Shown piece by piece: positions 47,813 to 58,560 of a stretch of DNA of 64,000 nucleotides (its first letter is position 1; every line of letters begins with the position of its first letter). This DNA comes from Macrostomum hystrix. Lineage: Eukaryota; Animalia; Platyhelminthes. Below the pieces are notes generated by a model, which saw only the letters and a program-made list of their open reading frames with translations, was not told the origin of the DNA and did not search any database. The DNA is taken from positions 6,014,001-6,078,000 of the forward strand of contig CATNEN010000002.1 of assembly GCA_950097015.1 (NCBI GenBank). The letters are read 5' to 3'. Position numbers and translations under genes: made by a program.

Positions 47813-48260
47813 ACTAGCAATTTTCTGAATCGTCTAGAGGCAAGGAACTATTTGATTAACCTTACATTCTCTCATTAGTGGAACTAAAATAACATTCCGT
47901 AGCTTTTCACAGTTTTTTTGCTATCTAAGCATATTTTTTATTACTGTACTTTTGTGATAGTGTTGAACACCTCGAGTTGAGTATTTTTTATACTTCATTC
48001 ATAAGCTAGACAGTACTTGAAAAGTTAAATTATTCTATCGAACTTCTCCTAAATAAAATTGACCATTTTTCATGTACATTTTCATGGTTCTGTGATGTAC
48101 GAGTAACTTAAGTTAATTTCTTGTAGTTTAATACACAGATAGACTTTCATCTCACATTTGCACTCTTCTAAGAGCACTATTTCACCTGGCGTGAAGAAAT
48201 GTGTGCCATTGCTTTGTTTTTCTTATTTGTCTGAGAAAAAATCCCAAATGACATATGACG

Positions 48261-48833
48261 AAATGGGAAATGGGAACTGGGAAATGGGAACTGGGAAATG
48301 GGAACTGGGAAATGGGAACTGGGAAATGGGAACTGGGAAATGGGAACTGGGAAATGGGAAATGGGAACTGGGAAATGGGAACTGGGAACTGGGAAATGGG
48401 AACTGGTAAATGGGAACTGGGAAAAGGAACTGGGAAATGGGAACTGGGAACTGGGAAATGGGAACTGGGAAATGGGAACTGGGAAAAGGAACTGGGAAAT
48501 GGGAACTGGGAAATGGGAACTGAGAAATGGGAACTGGGAACTGGGAAATGGTAACTGGGAAATGGGAACTGGGAACTGGGAAATGGGAACTGGGAAATAG
48601 GAACTGGGAAAAGGAACTGGGAAATGGGAACTGGGAACTGGGAAATGGGAACTGGGAAATGGGAACTGGGAAAAGGAACTGGGAAAAGGAACTGGGAACT
48701 GGGAACTGGGAAATGGGAACTGGGAAATGGGAACTGGGAAATGGAAACTGGGAACTGTGAAATTGGAACTGGGAAATGGGAACTGGGAACTGGGAAATGG
48801 GAACTGGGAAATGGGAACTGGGAAAAAGAAAAA
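48261..48833. repeat. 7-bp-based satellite (TGGGAAC/TGGGAAA)n
   Basis: About 80 heptamers with GGG every 7 nt. Confidence 0.95.
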
Positions 48834-49271
48834 AAGTTTATATTTTGGTACCATGAAAAAAACAGCACAAATCCAAGTTGTTTTTCCAGACATTGGCTAC
48901 TCAGCGATTCATAGAAATTTAACCCTTAGGCACAACTCCAGGGCTCCGATGGGTTTGAGGCTAACGTGATACACACTACCCATCCCCACCCAAAAAGGAA
49001 CGGTAGTAATTCTACTTTTAGTAGGCTGCTGTCCAGCAGCTTCAGTGAAATTCGAAGCATTCGTTCGTGATACTATTGGAGTAAGTCAAAAGTATAAATA
49101 ACCTACAAACAATAGCACTTATGCATTATAAAAATAAGTTTAGATGCTATATATGCGATCGTATGTAAATTCGCGGCTTCGAAAATTTTCTATGGGCTAA
49201 GAGCAAGAAAGCGAGCTCCGACAAGATACACAAGTTTTAGTTATAAAGGGTTATAAATACCAGTTGAAACC

Positions 49272-49820
49272 ACCCCCGCATCTCTTCCCTCTGCCCCAAT
49301 GTGCGTGCGCAGCGTCCTCCCCCGGCCCTCTGCACCACACCCGCGTCTCGTCCCTCTGCCCCCTTTTTGTGCGTGCGCAGCGTCCTCCCCCAGCCCTCTG
49401 CACCACACCCGCGTCTCGTCCCTCTGCCCCCTTTTTGTGCGTGCGCAGCGTCCTCCCCCGGCCCTCTGCACCACACCCGCGTCTCGTCCCTCTGCCCCCT
49501 TTTTGTGCGTGCGCAGCGTCCTCCCCCCGCCCCTCTGCGCCACACCCGCGTCTCGTCCCTCTGACCCCTTTTTGTGCGTGCGCAGCGTCCTCCCCCGCCC
49601 CTCTGCCCCACACCCGCGTCTCGTCCCTCTGCCCCCTTTTTGTGCGTGCGCAGCGTCCTCCCCCCGCCCCTCTGCGCCACACCCGCGTCTCGTCCCTCTG
49701 ACCCCTTTTTGTGCGTGCGCAGCGTCCTCCCCCGCCCCTCTGCGCCACACCCGCGTCTCGTCCCTCTGACCCCTTTTTACTGCGTGCGCTGCGTCCTCCC
49801 CCACCCCTCTGCGCCACTCC
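49272..49820. repeat. 68-bp GC-rich minisatellite (CACACCCGCGTCTCGTCCCTCTGCCCCCTTTTTGTGCGTGCGCAGCGTCCTCCCCC..), ~8 copies
   Basis: Period confirmed at 49336/49404/49472. Same family as the 56306 and 58062 arrays. Confidence 0.95.
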
Positions 49821-50689
49821 CTCCCTCCCCTATAACAGTTAGAAATCTGAAAGCAGCACAACAGAGCTCCAGGTCAAACTTGGGTAAACTTGGCAACAGT
49901 CGAGAGGGCAAGCACCGGAAAGCAGCCGGAAAAAAACAGAGAGGTCAGAGGAAGATATGCCTAGGGGCCACCCATTAATTACAGCGCAAACTTGGCCTGC
50001 ACCGACAGCAACATCGGAACCGGCACGAACCGGCCCGCTGGGGAGACCGACAGGAGGAGAATCGATCGGGGGTGGACATCGAACCCTAGGACCTCGAGAT
50101 AAACAAAGCCGGCCTGGACCACACCTGGAGACGAGGACTGGAAAAGGCCTGGACCGCACATGATGACCCGATCAAGGAGAGCGAGAGGGGTTGGTGTGCC
50201 TACCAACTAAATAGTTTGGCGCTGTGCTAGGCTTGGGGCTGCGACCCCAATCTTCTCAAACCATCTTACGTAACGTTGCCAATAATTTTACACCACCCCG
50301 GAAAGGAGGGGTTTGAAATGAAAATATAAGGCAGAGCGGGGCGCGAAAGCTCCGACACCGTCGCGATTCTCAGAGAGCTAGTCTTTGAGCTCCATTAGGT
50401 TAGCCAATTAGAAAATACACTAGCACACTAAGCCCCCCTTATAGGGCACTGCTGTTCAGACAAGAATATTGTGTAATGTATAAGGACAAAACACGCTTGA
50501 AAGCAAACAAAACAAGAACTCATTTCGTCAGTATTAATTTCTCTGATTGCGAATATTGATTGCGAGCTCGAATAACTTCTGAGACATCCTTGGGTCTCTA
50601 CACCCAAGAGGCCCATTAGGGCAGAATTACACAAGTAACCTACGTTTGATACAACTCAGCTACTAAGGTACATGTGAATACTATCCCAA

Positions 50690-51235
50690 CAGCAGCAGAG
50701 AACTAATTAAATGTCCCCCAAACTGCAGAGAACCGATGTTCCGTCAGCAGCAGAGAACTAATGTCCCCCCAGCAGTAGAGAACTAATGTCCCCTCAGTTA
50801 GCAAATAACCAATGTACCCCCGCCAGAAAATAACCACTGTCCCCCAAACAGCAGAGAGCTAATTTCCCCTCAGCAGCAGAGAACCAATGTCCTCTCAGCA
50901 GCAGAGAACTAATTTCCCCTCAGCAGCAGAGAACCAATGTCCTCCCAGCAGCAGAGAACTAATTTCCCGCCAGCAGCAGAGAACTAATTTCCCGCCAGCA
51001 GCAGAGAACCAATGTCCCGCCAGCAGCAGAGAACTAATTTCCCGCCAGCAGCAGAGAACTAATTTCCCCCCAGCAGCAAAGAACCAATGTCCTCCCAGCA
51101 GCAGAGAACCAATGTCCTCCCAGCAGCAGAGAACCAATGTCCTCCCAGCAGCAGAGAACTAATTTCCCCTCAGCAGCAGAGAACCAATGTCCCCCCAGCA
51201 GCAATGAACCAATTTCCCCCAAACAGCAGAGAACC
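50690..51235. repeat. 25-bp minisatellite CAGCAGCAGAGAACTAATTTCCCCT with alternating AACCAATGTCC variants, ~21 copies
   Basis: A 50-bp dimer is seen at 50881/50931. Confidence 0.9.
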
Positions 51236-51419
51236 TCCATAATACCAGAATTGAGGCTACTTGCAGGCATCCAAACCCCCAGCACGAAATGTTTCCCCTC
51301 TTTCTTTGACAGGAAACCATTGCCCCCACAAAGCAGAGAAACAATTTTACTCAGCCAGCAGGCAAAAAATGTCTCCTGTTATATCTCCTGTTACATGTGG
51401 CACTGTAGATGCATTTAGA

Positions 51420-51700
51420 AAACTGTTAGACTCCTCAGAAAACTTTTAGACTCCTCAGAAAACTGTTAGACTCCTCAGAAAACTGTTCGACTCCTCAGAA
51501 AACTGTTAGACTCCTCAGAAAACTGTTAGACTCCTCAGAAAACTGTTAGACTCCATTATTAACTGTTCAACATATTTAAAATTTTTAGACGCATTTAGAA
51601 AACTTTTGGACATATTTAGAAAACGATTAAACACAGTTAGAAACCTGTTAAACACAGTTAGAAACCTGTTAAACACAGTTAGAAACCTGTTAAACACATT
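51420..51700. repeat. Two short arrays: 20-bp AAAACTGTTAGACTCCTCAG (51420-51552) and 21-bp AAACACAGTTAGAAACCTGTT (51630-51700)
   Basis: About 6 and 3 copies respectively. Confidence 0.85.
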
Positions 51701-52517
51701 GAGAAAACTGTAAAACTCGTTTAAAAACTATTAAACACATTTAGAAAAACCCGGAAAGGAGGGGTTTGAAATGAAAATATAAGGCAGAGCGGGGCGCGAA
51801 AGCTCCGACACCGTCGCGATTCTCAGGGAGCTAGTCTTTGAGCTCCATTAGGTTAGCCAATTAGAAAATACACTGTGCTTGTGTTATTTCTTGTTCTGAT
51901 CTCTGATCCCCGAGGTAAGGATCCAAAAGAGATCGCAACCACCAGCCGTGGTACTGAGAAGCGATAGTCGTTAATAGTTATAGCCTTCAAGTCATCGAGA
52001 CTGTCACAAAACCGCTAGACTACCCATAGATAAACTGAACAGAACTCCCAAGTGAGAGAGGGACAAAAAACTTGAAGAGCTATATCCCCCTTCCCCATAT
52101 AAACATCATTTAAATATGCCGTTTATACGGCTTAAAAACGCTTTTTCAAAGAAGTCGACTTGAAGAAGTTGCATAGTGCTACGGTGTCAGCTCACCCAAT
52201 CCGCAAAACCGCTTCTTCGTGCATCGCTCTTTAATAGGGTGTTTCCATAACATTGTTGATAACACGATCAACATTCATGTTCTGGGGAACTGACTGATCT
52301 ACACCAACAGGTCCAAATAATAATTTTTCAAATTGATTCTTCTCTGATTTTATCCTTTTTAAACAGAAAAAATGAACAACAGCCAAAGGACTTTAGAACA
52401 GAGAGGCTTGAGTTGTCTCATCAGTGTCTGCCAGTCCCATCTCCAGCTCAAAGTTTAGCCAGTTACACGTTACTCCGTTAAAAAACGGTGTACAGTTGTC
52501 AACCAAACGTACACCGT

Positions 52518-53331
52518 TTAGGAATATTGGAATCCAAAAACCTCTAATTCGCAAATAGTCACAGGAATGTTGGACTGTCGATTGAGAATCTTAATCTTGC
52601 TTCCGTAGCCGTAGCAGGTCAGGTTGACGACGCTGAATGTGGCGAAGGTGTTGTTGTATTGGTTGCACTGAGCTCCGTCCAGAAGCAGGACGAAGTCTCC
52701 AAGTCTCCAAGGGCAGCAGTCGTTTCTGTTGTAGATGGTGACGTAGGAGATGACCGCAGCGGCAGACAGATGGCCCTCCCACCATTCGTTGTTTAGGGTA
52801 GTGTCGTCAGTGTGGCTGCAGGAACCACTGTAGAAATTTAGGTCTCTGTTTCCGTCCATCGCCTTTTCGCAAGGGCTTCCATGAGCGATGGAACTCTGGG
52901 CACAGCTGGCAAACGGAAGCTTCTGATTCGCTGTGGGAGAGTGACGTGACATGAGTGCGTCAAAAGTTCGATTTGAAAACTCACATCAATTTCTACCTTG
53001 AGATCTAAATTAACAATTCAATTCATTCACCTTTAGGTGGTCGGATGAAGATGGTGCACATCGCAGTCCTGCTTGTCCAGTTGCTTGAGTAGAAGGCCTG
53101 AGCACTGATCAGGTGGCAGTGGCTCAGCAGCGAGAAGAATCCGTAGCAGGTCGAGTTGAAGCCGCACAGATAAGCACAGAGCCGCTCAGAGCTGGCGCCC
53201 ATCGATTCCTGAGTGACCGACGGAGCTTGGAAGCTGGCGTTCCGGCCGATGATGAAGCCATTGTTGATTGAGGCGACACCTCTGAGGACACTCAGAACTG
53301 TTACAACTTGCGAGAAGAGTAGCGGCAACAT
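52518..53331 (-). CDS. Secreted PAN/apple + F-type (fucolectin) lectin, copy A, 237 aa
   Basis: Exons 53331-53031 and 52930-52518 (phase 1, 100-bp intron). Signal MLPLLFSQVVTVLSVLRGVAS. PAN CAYLCGFNSTCYGF..CHL. FTLD Ca motif AMDGN and fucose motif H-x28-RNDCCPWR. Confidence 0.9.
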
Positions 53332-53904
53332 TGTAGCATATCTCTGAGCAAAAAAGTTTTCCCGCTTAGGAGGGAAATAATTTGAGGCCGATATAATGAA
53401 GCTGAGCAAATATATTGGGATAGGCAGTAGGCATCTGACAATGACAGGCCTTCAAAAAACTCATTCTAAGTAAGACCTAGTGGGCTGTGTTGGAGACCAT
53501 GACAAAAACAAATTGTTATTTTTCATATAATCTTTTACGACTTTATGTGCAGTGTTTTACTGGGACCCGACCAGTAATTTTTTTAAACTAATTTGCTTTT
53601 AGAAAATAAAAAAACGATGAAGCATTTTTACTCTCGTCATTCATTTGGTCTGTATATCTGTCGCTGCTTCATCATCTCTTTAAGTCTGTCTGCTTCTATT
53701 AATTTGTAAATCCCAATGCATGAGGCAAATATTTCCAGCTCAGGACTTTGGCGGCTAAAAACTGCTTTATGGAAAATTTCAGGTTCCATTTGGAGTAGCC
53801 GAGACAACAGAACCCCCCCTGAGTATTGAAAACAAAAAATATGATAGCCGAAGATCTAACAGAACTATAATACAAAAGGGTGGACAAAGTAGCAGAGTTT
53901 TGCT

Positions 53905-54800
53905 TTAAAAATTAACTTGGAATAAATATTCAAGAAACAAAGCTTTTTCGCTGTAACTCCCCAACGAACAGGGGCGAATAAGTTGATATTGCAAGGTCGA
54001 CTGGTGGTAACAGTTCAATAGTGGAAATACCTGGGATTTCACATAAACTTGAAGGGGAAAGTCGATACCCACGCCATTGAAGTTAGCAAAAAGTGTGGCT
54101 CTACCCAACAATGTTTCTTAGGAAGTTTGCAGGATTCCGAACAGTCAAATTTAAGCAGCTTATGTAATGCTGTTCTGCACAGCCGTGATAGAAAGCATAG
54201 TCCTGTATGCTTTAGGAGGCCTGGGGCGCCTTTGTTTCCTGGAACTTGGGACCCTGTGTTTGAGGCTTAATAGAGAGAATTAATTTTAGGAACTGAAAGG
54301 CAATACTACAACTCAATCAAAATAGTCATAGCAATGTGGCCCGATCAGGGCTGGAGACAGAGGGTGCAAAATTCTGTAGAGCTCAACCATTTGTACTACA
54401 GTTTTAAGAGAGATTCCTGCCGTGAAAAATATCTATCCAGCGAATGTTTCAAAACCCGGAACACAGGCGCGTACTGTCAAATTTTCGTTTAGGAAATCAC
54501 AAACTGGCCTGCGAAACGATGTGATCTGTTCGCCCGAAAATCCCCTATGAAGACATAATTTGCCTTAAGTGCAAAGACGGGGTAGAAAATGAAGTACATT
54601 TTCTTTTTCTATGCATCTGGGATCCTTGAAAGGTAGTCAGGGAAATTTTCGTTGGAGACATTTCATCGATAGTGAAGAACTTTCTTAGTCTCACAGCTGA
54701 AGACAAAAGCCTTATTTTAATGGTGCTATCAGAAAAGCTAGCAAAGTACAAAGCAAAGATTGCGAGACTGGAACTGCAGAAATAGTAAGTAAATATTTTT
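53905..54800 (+). mobile_element. Degenerate non-LTR retrotransposon (LINE) ORF2 3' end
   Basis: Broken frames give WKYLGFHINLKGKVDTH (RT C-terminus), YYSFKRDSCREKYL, HRRVLSNFRLGNHKLACET and the zinc knuckle CLKCKDGVENEVHFLF.C. A paralogous fragment lies at ~58565-58640. Confidence 0.75.
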
Positions 54801-54984
54801 AATATCCCAAACAGTATCACAATGTTGCCATAATATGTGCGCCTAACTCGTTTTCAGCATTATTTTATTGGTTCCTGTTATGATCTTTGCATTTAGGTAC
54901 AAACCAATTAATATGATTCATTTCTATTAACTCTAACCATCTGGTTTAATTCTTTTACAATGTCACTTTTGTTATATTCTTCTG

Positions 54985-56044
54985 TTATTCGTCTATTTAA
55001 CTAAATCGCATAAGTAACCATAGATAACCTTTATTCGTCTATTTAACTAAATCGCATAAGCAACCATAAATAACCTTTATTCGTCTATTTAACTAAATCG
55101 CATAAGCAACCATAAATAACCATTATTCGTCTATTTAACTAAATCGCATAAGCAACCATAAATAACCATTATTCGTCTATTTAACTAAATCGCATAAGCA
55201 ACCATAAATAACCTTTATTCGTCTATTTAACTAAATCGCATAAGCAACCATAAATAACCATTATTCGTCTATTTAACTAAATCGCATAAGCAACCATAAA
55301 TAACCTTTATTCGTCTATTTAACTAAATCGCATAAGCAACCATAAATAACCATTATTCGTCTATTTAACTAAATCGCATAAGCAACCATAAATAACCATT
55401 ATTCGTCTATTTAACTAAATCGCATAAGCAACCATAAATAACCTTTATTCGTCTATTTAACTAAATCGCATAAGCAACCATAAATAACCTTTATTCGTCT
55501 ATTTAACTAACTCGCATAAGTAACCATAAATAACCTTTATTCGTCTATTTAACTAAATCGCATAAGTAACCATAGATAACCTTTATTCGTCTATTTAACT
55601 AAATCGCATAAGCAACCATAAATAACCTTTATTCGTCTATTTAACTAAATCGCATAAGCAACCATAAATAACCTTTATTCGTCTATTTAACTAACTCGCA
55701 TAAGTAACCATAAATAACCTTTATTCGTCTATTTAACTAAATCGCATAAGTAACCATAGATAACCTTTATTCGTCTATTTAACTAAATCGCATAAGCAAC
55801 CATAAATAACCTTTATTCGTCTATTTAACTAAATCGCATAAGCAACCATAAATAACCTTTATTCGTCTATTTAACTAAATCGCATAAGCAACCATAAATA
55901 ACCTTTATTCGTCTATTTAACTAAATCGCATAAGCAACCATAAATAACCTTTATTCGTCTATTTAACTAACTCGCATAAGCAACCATAAATAACCATTAT
56001 TCGTCTATTTAACTAAATCGCATAAGCAACCATAAATAACCTTT
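54985..56044. repeat. 46-bp AT-rich minisatellite TTATTCGTCTATTTAACTAAATCGCATAAGCAACCATAAATAACCT, ~23 copies
   Basis: Period confirmed at 55031/55077. Confidence 0.97.
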
Positions 56045-56305
56045 ACACACAGCCGAAATTTAACAAGGTCGAAATTGTCAAAGTTGTCAAAGCTGTTTTG
56101 TTTTGCGGGCAAGCCTAAAGGCGCACACAGTTAAAAAGCCGACAAACAATAGCACTCCTGCATTGTAAAAATGCAGTTTTAGAAGCTATATTTGCGACCG
56201 TAGGTAGATTCGAGGCTTCGAAACTTTTCTATGGGCTAAGAGCAAGAAAGCGAGCTCCGACAAGATACTCACTTTTTTGTGAAAAGGGTTAATGACCGGT
56301 TCGCG

Positions 56306-56600
56306 ACACCCCACGTCTCGTCCCTCTGCCCCCTTTGTGCATGCGCTGCTTCCTCCCCCGCCACTCTGCGCCACCCCCACTTCTCGTCCCTCTGCCCCCT
56401 TTGTGCATGCGCTGCTTCCTCCCCCGCCACTCTGCGCCACCCCCACTTCTCGTCCCTCTGCCCCCTTTGTGCATACGCTGCTTCCTCCCCCGCCACTCTG
56501 CGCCAACCCCACTTCTCGTCCCTCTGCCCCCTTTGTGCATACGCTGCTTCCTCCCCCGCCACTCTGCGCCACCCCCGCGTCTCGTCCCTCTGTCCCCTTT
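56306..56600. repeat. 66-bp GC-rich minisatellite, ~4.5 copies (family of the 49272 array)
   Basis: Period 56381/56447. Its left flank 56140-56290 is homologous to 49100-49250. Confidence 0.93.
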
Positions 56601-56609
56601 CGCGTGTTG

Positions 56610-57170
56610 GGCAGTCACCGTCTGCTGTATGTGGGGCATGTTCCACAAATCTAGCTTACTGCCAGCCACGGGAAAAGGTCCGGCACGTGTGCGCTGCGCC
56701 GACATTGTTCGACATCCGCGAGGCCTGATCTTGCGCCTGGAGCTAGCGAAAACTCTCCAGGTTAAAGAGCGTGTGCGCCAGGTGCTTCTACAGAGGCTAG
56801 CGAGGCGGCCGCCATGTGTCCAGTGTTGGCAATCGAGAAGCACGCTAGATTCAACACCCTGAAATCAGCCGAGGCAATCCCATTTGCCTACGGCGATGCT
56901 GGTGGCAATCAGCGGCTGCTGACCGGCAGGCTGCTCGATCGATTTCTATCTGACAAGTTAGACGTGGCGGCTTCTCAGCCGCAAGCGTGAGCACTACTCA
57001 GCACACAGCCTTCGCCGAGGCGGTGCGACCTGGGCCTCAGTGTTAGGCGTGCCCGTGCCCGACATCATGCGGATCGGTGACTGGAAGAGCGATGCGGTGC
57101 AGCGGTACTTCCCGCAGTTTCAGCAGGGCATGGCGGCATCCCTCGTGTTTGCAGATGGTGTAGGGACTCT
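56610..57170 (+). mobile_element. DIRS/Ngaro-type tyrosine recombinase, 5'-truncated and frameshifted
   Basis: Motifs FHKSSLLP, CADI..LILRLELAKTLQVKER, CPVLAIEKH, HYSAHSLRRGGATWA (H at 57004) and GDWKSDAVQRY (Y at 57106), spread over three frames. Confidence 0.85.
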
Positions 57171-57430
57171 AGTTTTAGTTCCACATTCTGTCTCGTTGTG
57201 ACTCTTTGTCGCTTACCCTCCCTTTTTGTTGTATTTGTCGCTTCCTCTTCGCTGCTTTGGCTTTGGAGGTTTCGCTGCTGCTTTCGCAAAGTTTGTGCCT
57301 CGCTCACGCTTCTTTGTTCGTGCTTTCGGGGCACTAATATTTCTTAGTCAATAGAAATGAACGACTTAACGGCTTAAACAACTCAAGCCAAATGAGGAGC
57401 GACTCATCGTTCGCATCCAAAAACAATGGT

Positions 57431-57720
57431 CTAAGGAAAGCTGAAGCCATAGACCTCAAACTCGCAGCCTGCTTCCGTGGCCAGCGAAGGTCAGGTTGAT
57501 CACGCTGAATTTGCCGGTGTTGTATTTGTTGCACTGAAGTCCATTCAGCTGCAGGATGAAGTTTCCCAGTCTCTCCGGGCGGCTGTCTTGCCTGTTGTAG
57601 ATGGTGACGTAGGAGATGACTGCGTCCGCGGACAGTTGGCCCTCCCACCACGTGTTGGCCTGGCTGTCCGTGAGGCTCAATGCTGATCGTTTTGATGCAT
57701 TTTGTGTTACCGTATGTGGA
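57431..57720 (-). pseudogene. F-type lectin copy B, doubly deleted derivative of a copy-D-like gene
   Basis: Retains WWEGQLSADAVISYVTIYNRQDSRPERLGNF. Lacks 38 bp relative to D (frameshift). Its 5' part is joined to D-intron-like sequence. Confidence 0.85.
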
Positions 57721-57829
57721 CTAATCATTTTTGAGTCCTTCTAAATACAACACTTCCACTGACAGTGAACCATTACAACAGGATGGAACGGGACTTTAGT
57801 TAAAAATAATAGAAAGTTTGCTTAGAAAC

Positions 57830-58560
57830 AAATGATTACCGACTTTTAGTTTAGCTGCAGGATAAAGACACTAGATAAGTAGTAAATTAAAGTACGTGTA
57901 GTGGTTAGAGAATAACTGCCTACATTATCATCACTTCGTCAGCAATACGAAGTAGTCAGTGAAAACTGTAAAGTTTACTGTAAAAGGAGAAAGTGTTCCG
58001 AAATTTGACACAAAAGACTTCAGTTTGATTTTATTATAACTTTCACGACGGCTTCCGTCTCTCCGCCACTCTGCGCCACCCCCGCGTCTCGTCCCTCTGC
58101 CCCCTTTGTGCGCGTGCTGCGTCCTCCCCGCCCCACTGCGCCACCCCCGCGTCTCGTCCCTCTGCCCCCTTTGTGTGCGCGCTGCGTCCTCCCCGCCCCA
58201 CTGCGTAACCCCCGCGTCTCGTCCCTCTGCCCCCTTTGTGTGCGCGCTGCGTCCTCCCCGCCCCACTGCGTAACCCCCGCGTCTCGTCCCTCTGCCCCCT
58301 TTGTGCGCGTGCTGCGTCCTCCGCGCCCCACTGCGCCACAACCGCGCTAACCTGCGAGAAGAGCAGCGGCAACATCTCTGTTGAATATATCTGAGCAAAA
58401 AAGTTGTCCCGCTTTTAAGGAAGGAAAGGAAATAATTTGAGTCCAATGGAATGAAGCTGAGCTGATATATTGAGATGGGCAGTAGGAAGCAGACAGGCCT
58501 ATTCATTCTATGCAGAACTAGTGGGCTGTGTTGGAGGCTGTGACAAAAACGTTTTTTCCT
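57830..58560 (-). pseudogene. Gutted PAN-F-lectin paralog (copy E): upstream region, start codon and 3' flank retained, coding body replaced by a minisatellite
   Basis: 58350-58560 is homologous to the 5' ends of copies A (53310-53510) and C. ATG 58375 gives MLPLLFSQV. 57830-58060 is homologous to the 3' flank of C (58930-59135). Confidence 0.85.
58062..58345. repeat. 65-bp GC-rich minisatellite, ~4.3 copies (family of the 49272 array)
   Basis: Period confirmed at 58091/58156/58221/58286. Confidence 0.93.

Larger units (their letters stand above)
50297..51989 (+). mobile_element. Duplicated 125-bp segment with a polypurine tract; possible LTR-element 3' end
   Basis: 50297-50421 and 51750-51874 differ by one base that I could see. 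Each starts with GGAAAGGAGGGG followed by TTTGAAATG. The second copy continues to ..GCCTTCA at 51989 (TGAA/TTCA termini). No convincing gag/pol found. Confidence 0.4.

Noticed and set aside
49830-50210. Gypsy integrase C-terminus upstream of the PPT
   Set aside because: Only a weak TVRNLK resemblance; no GPY/F or chromodomain motif in any frame.
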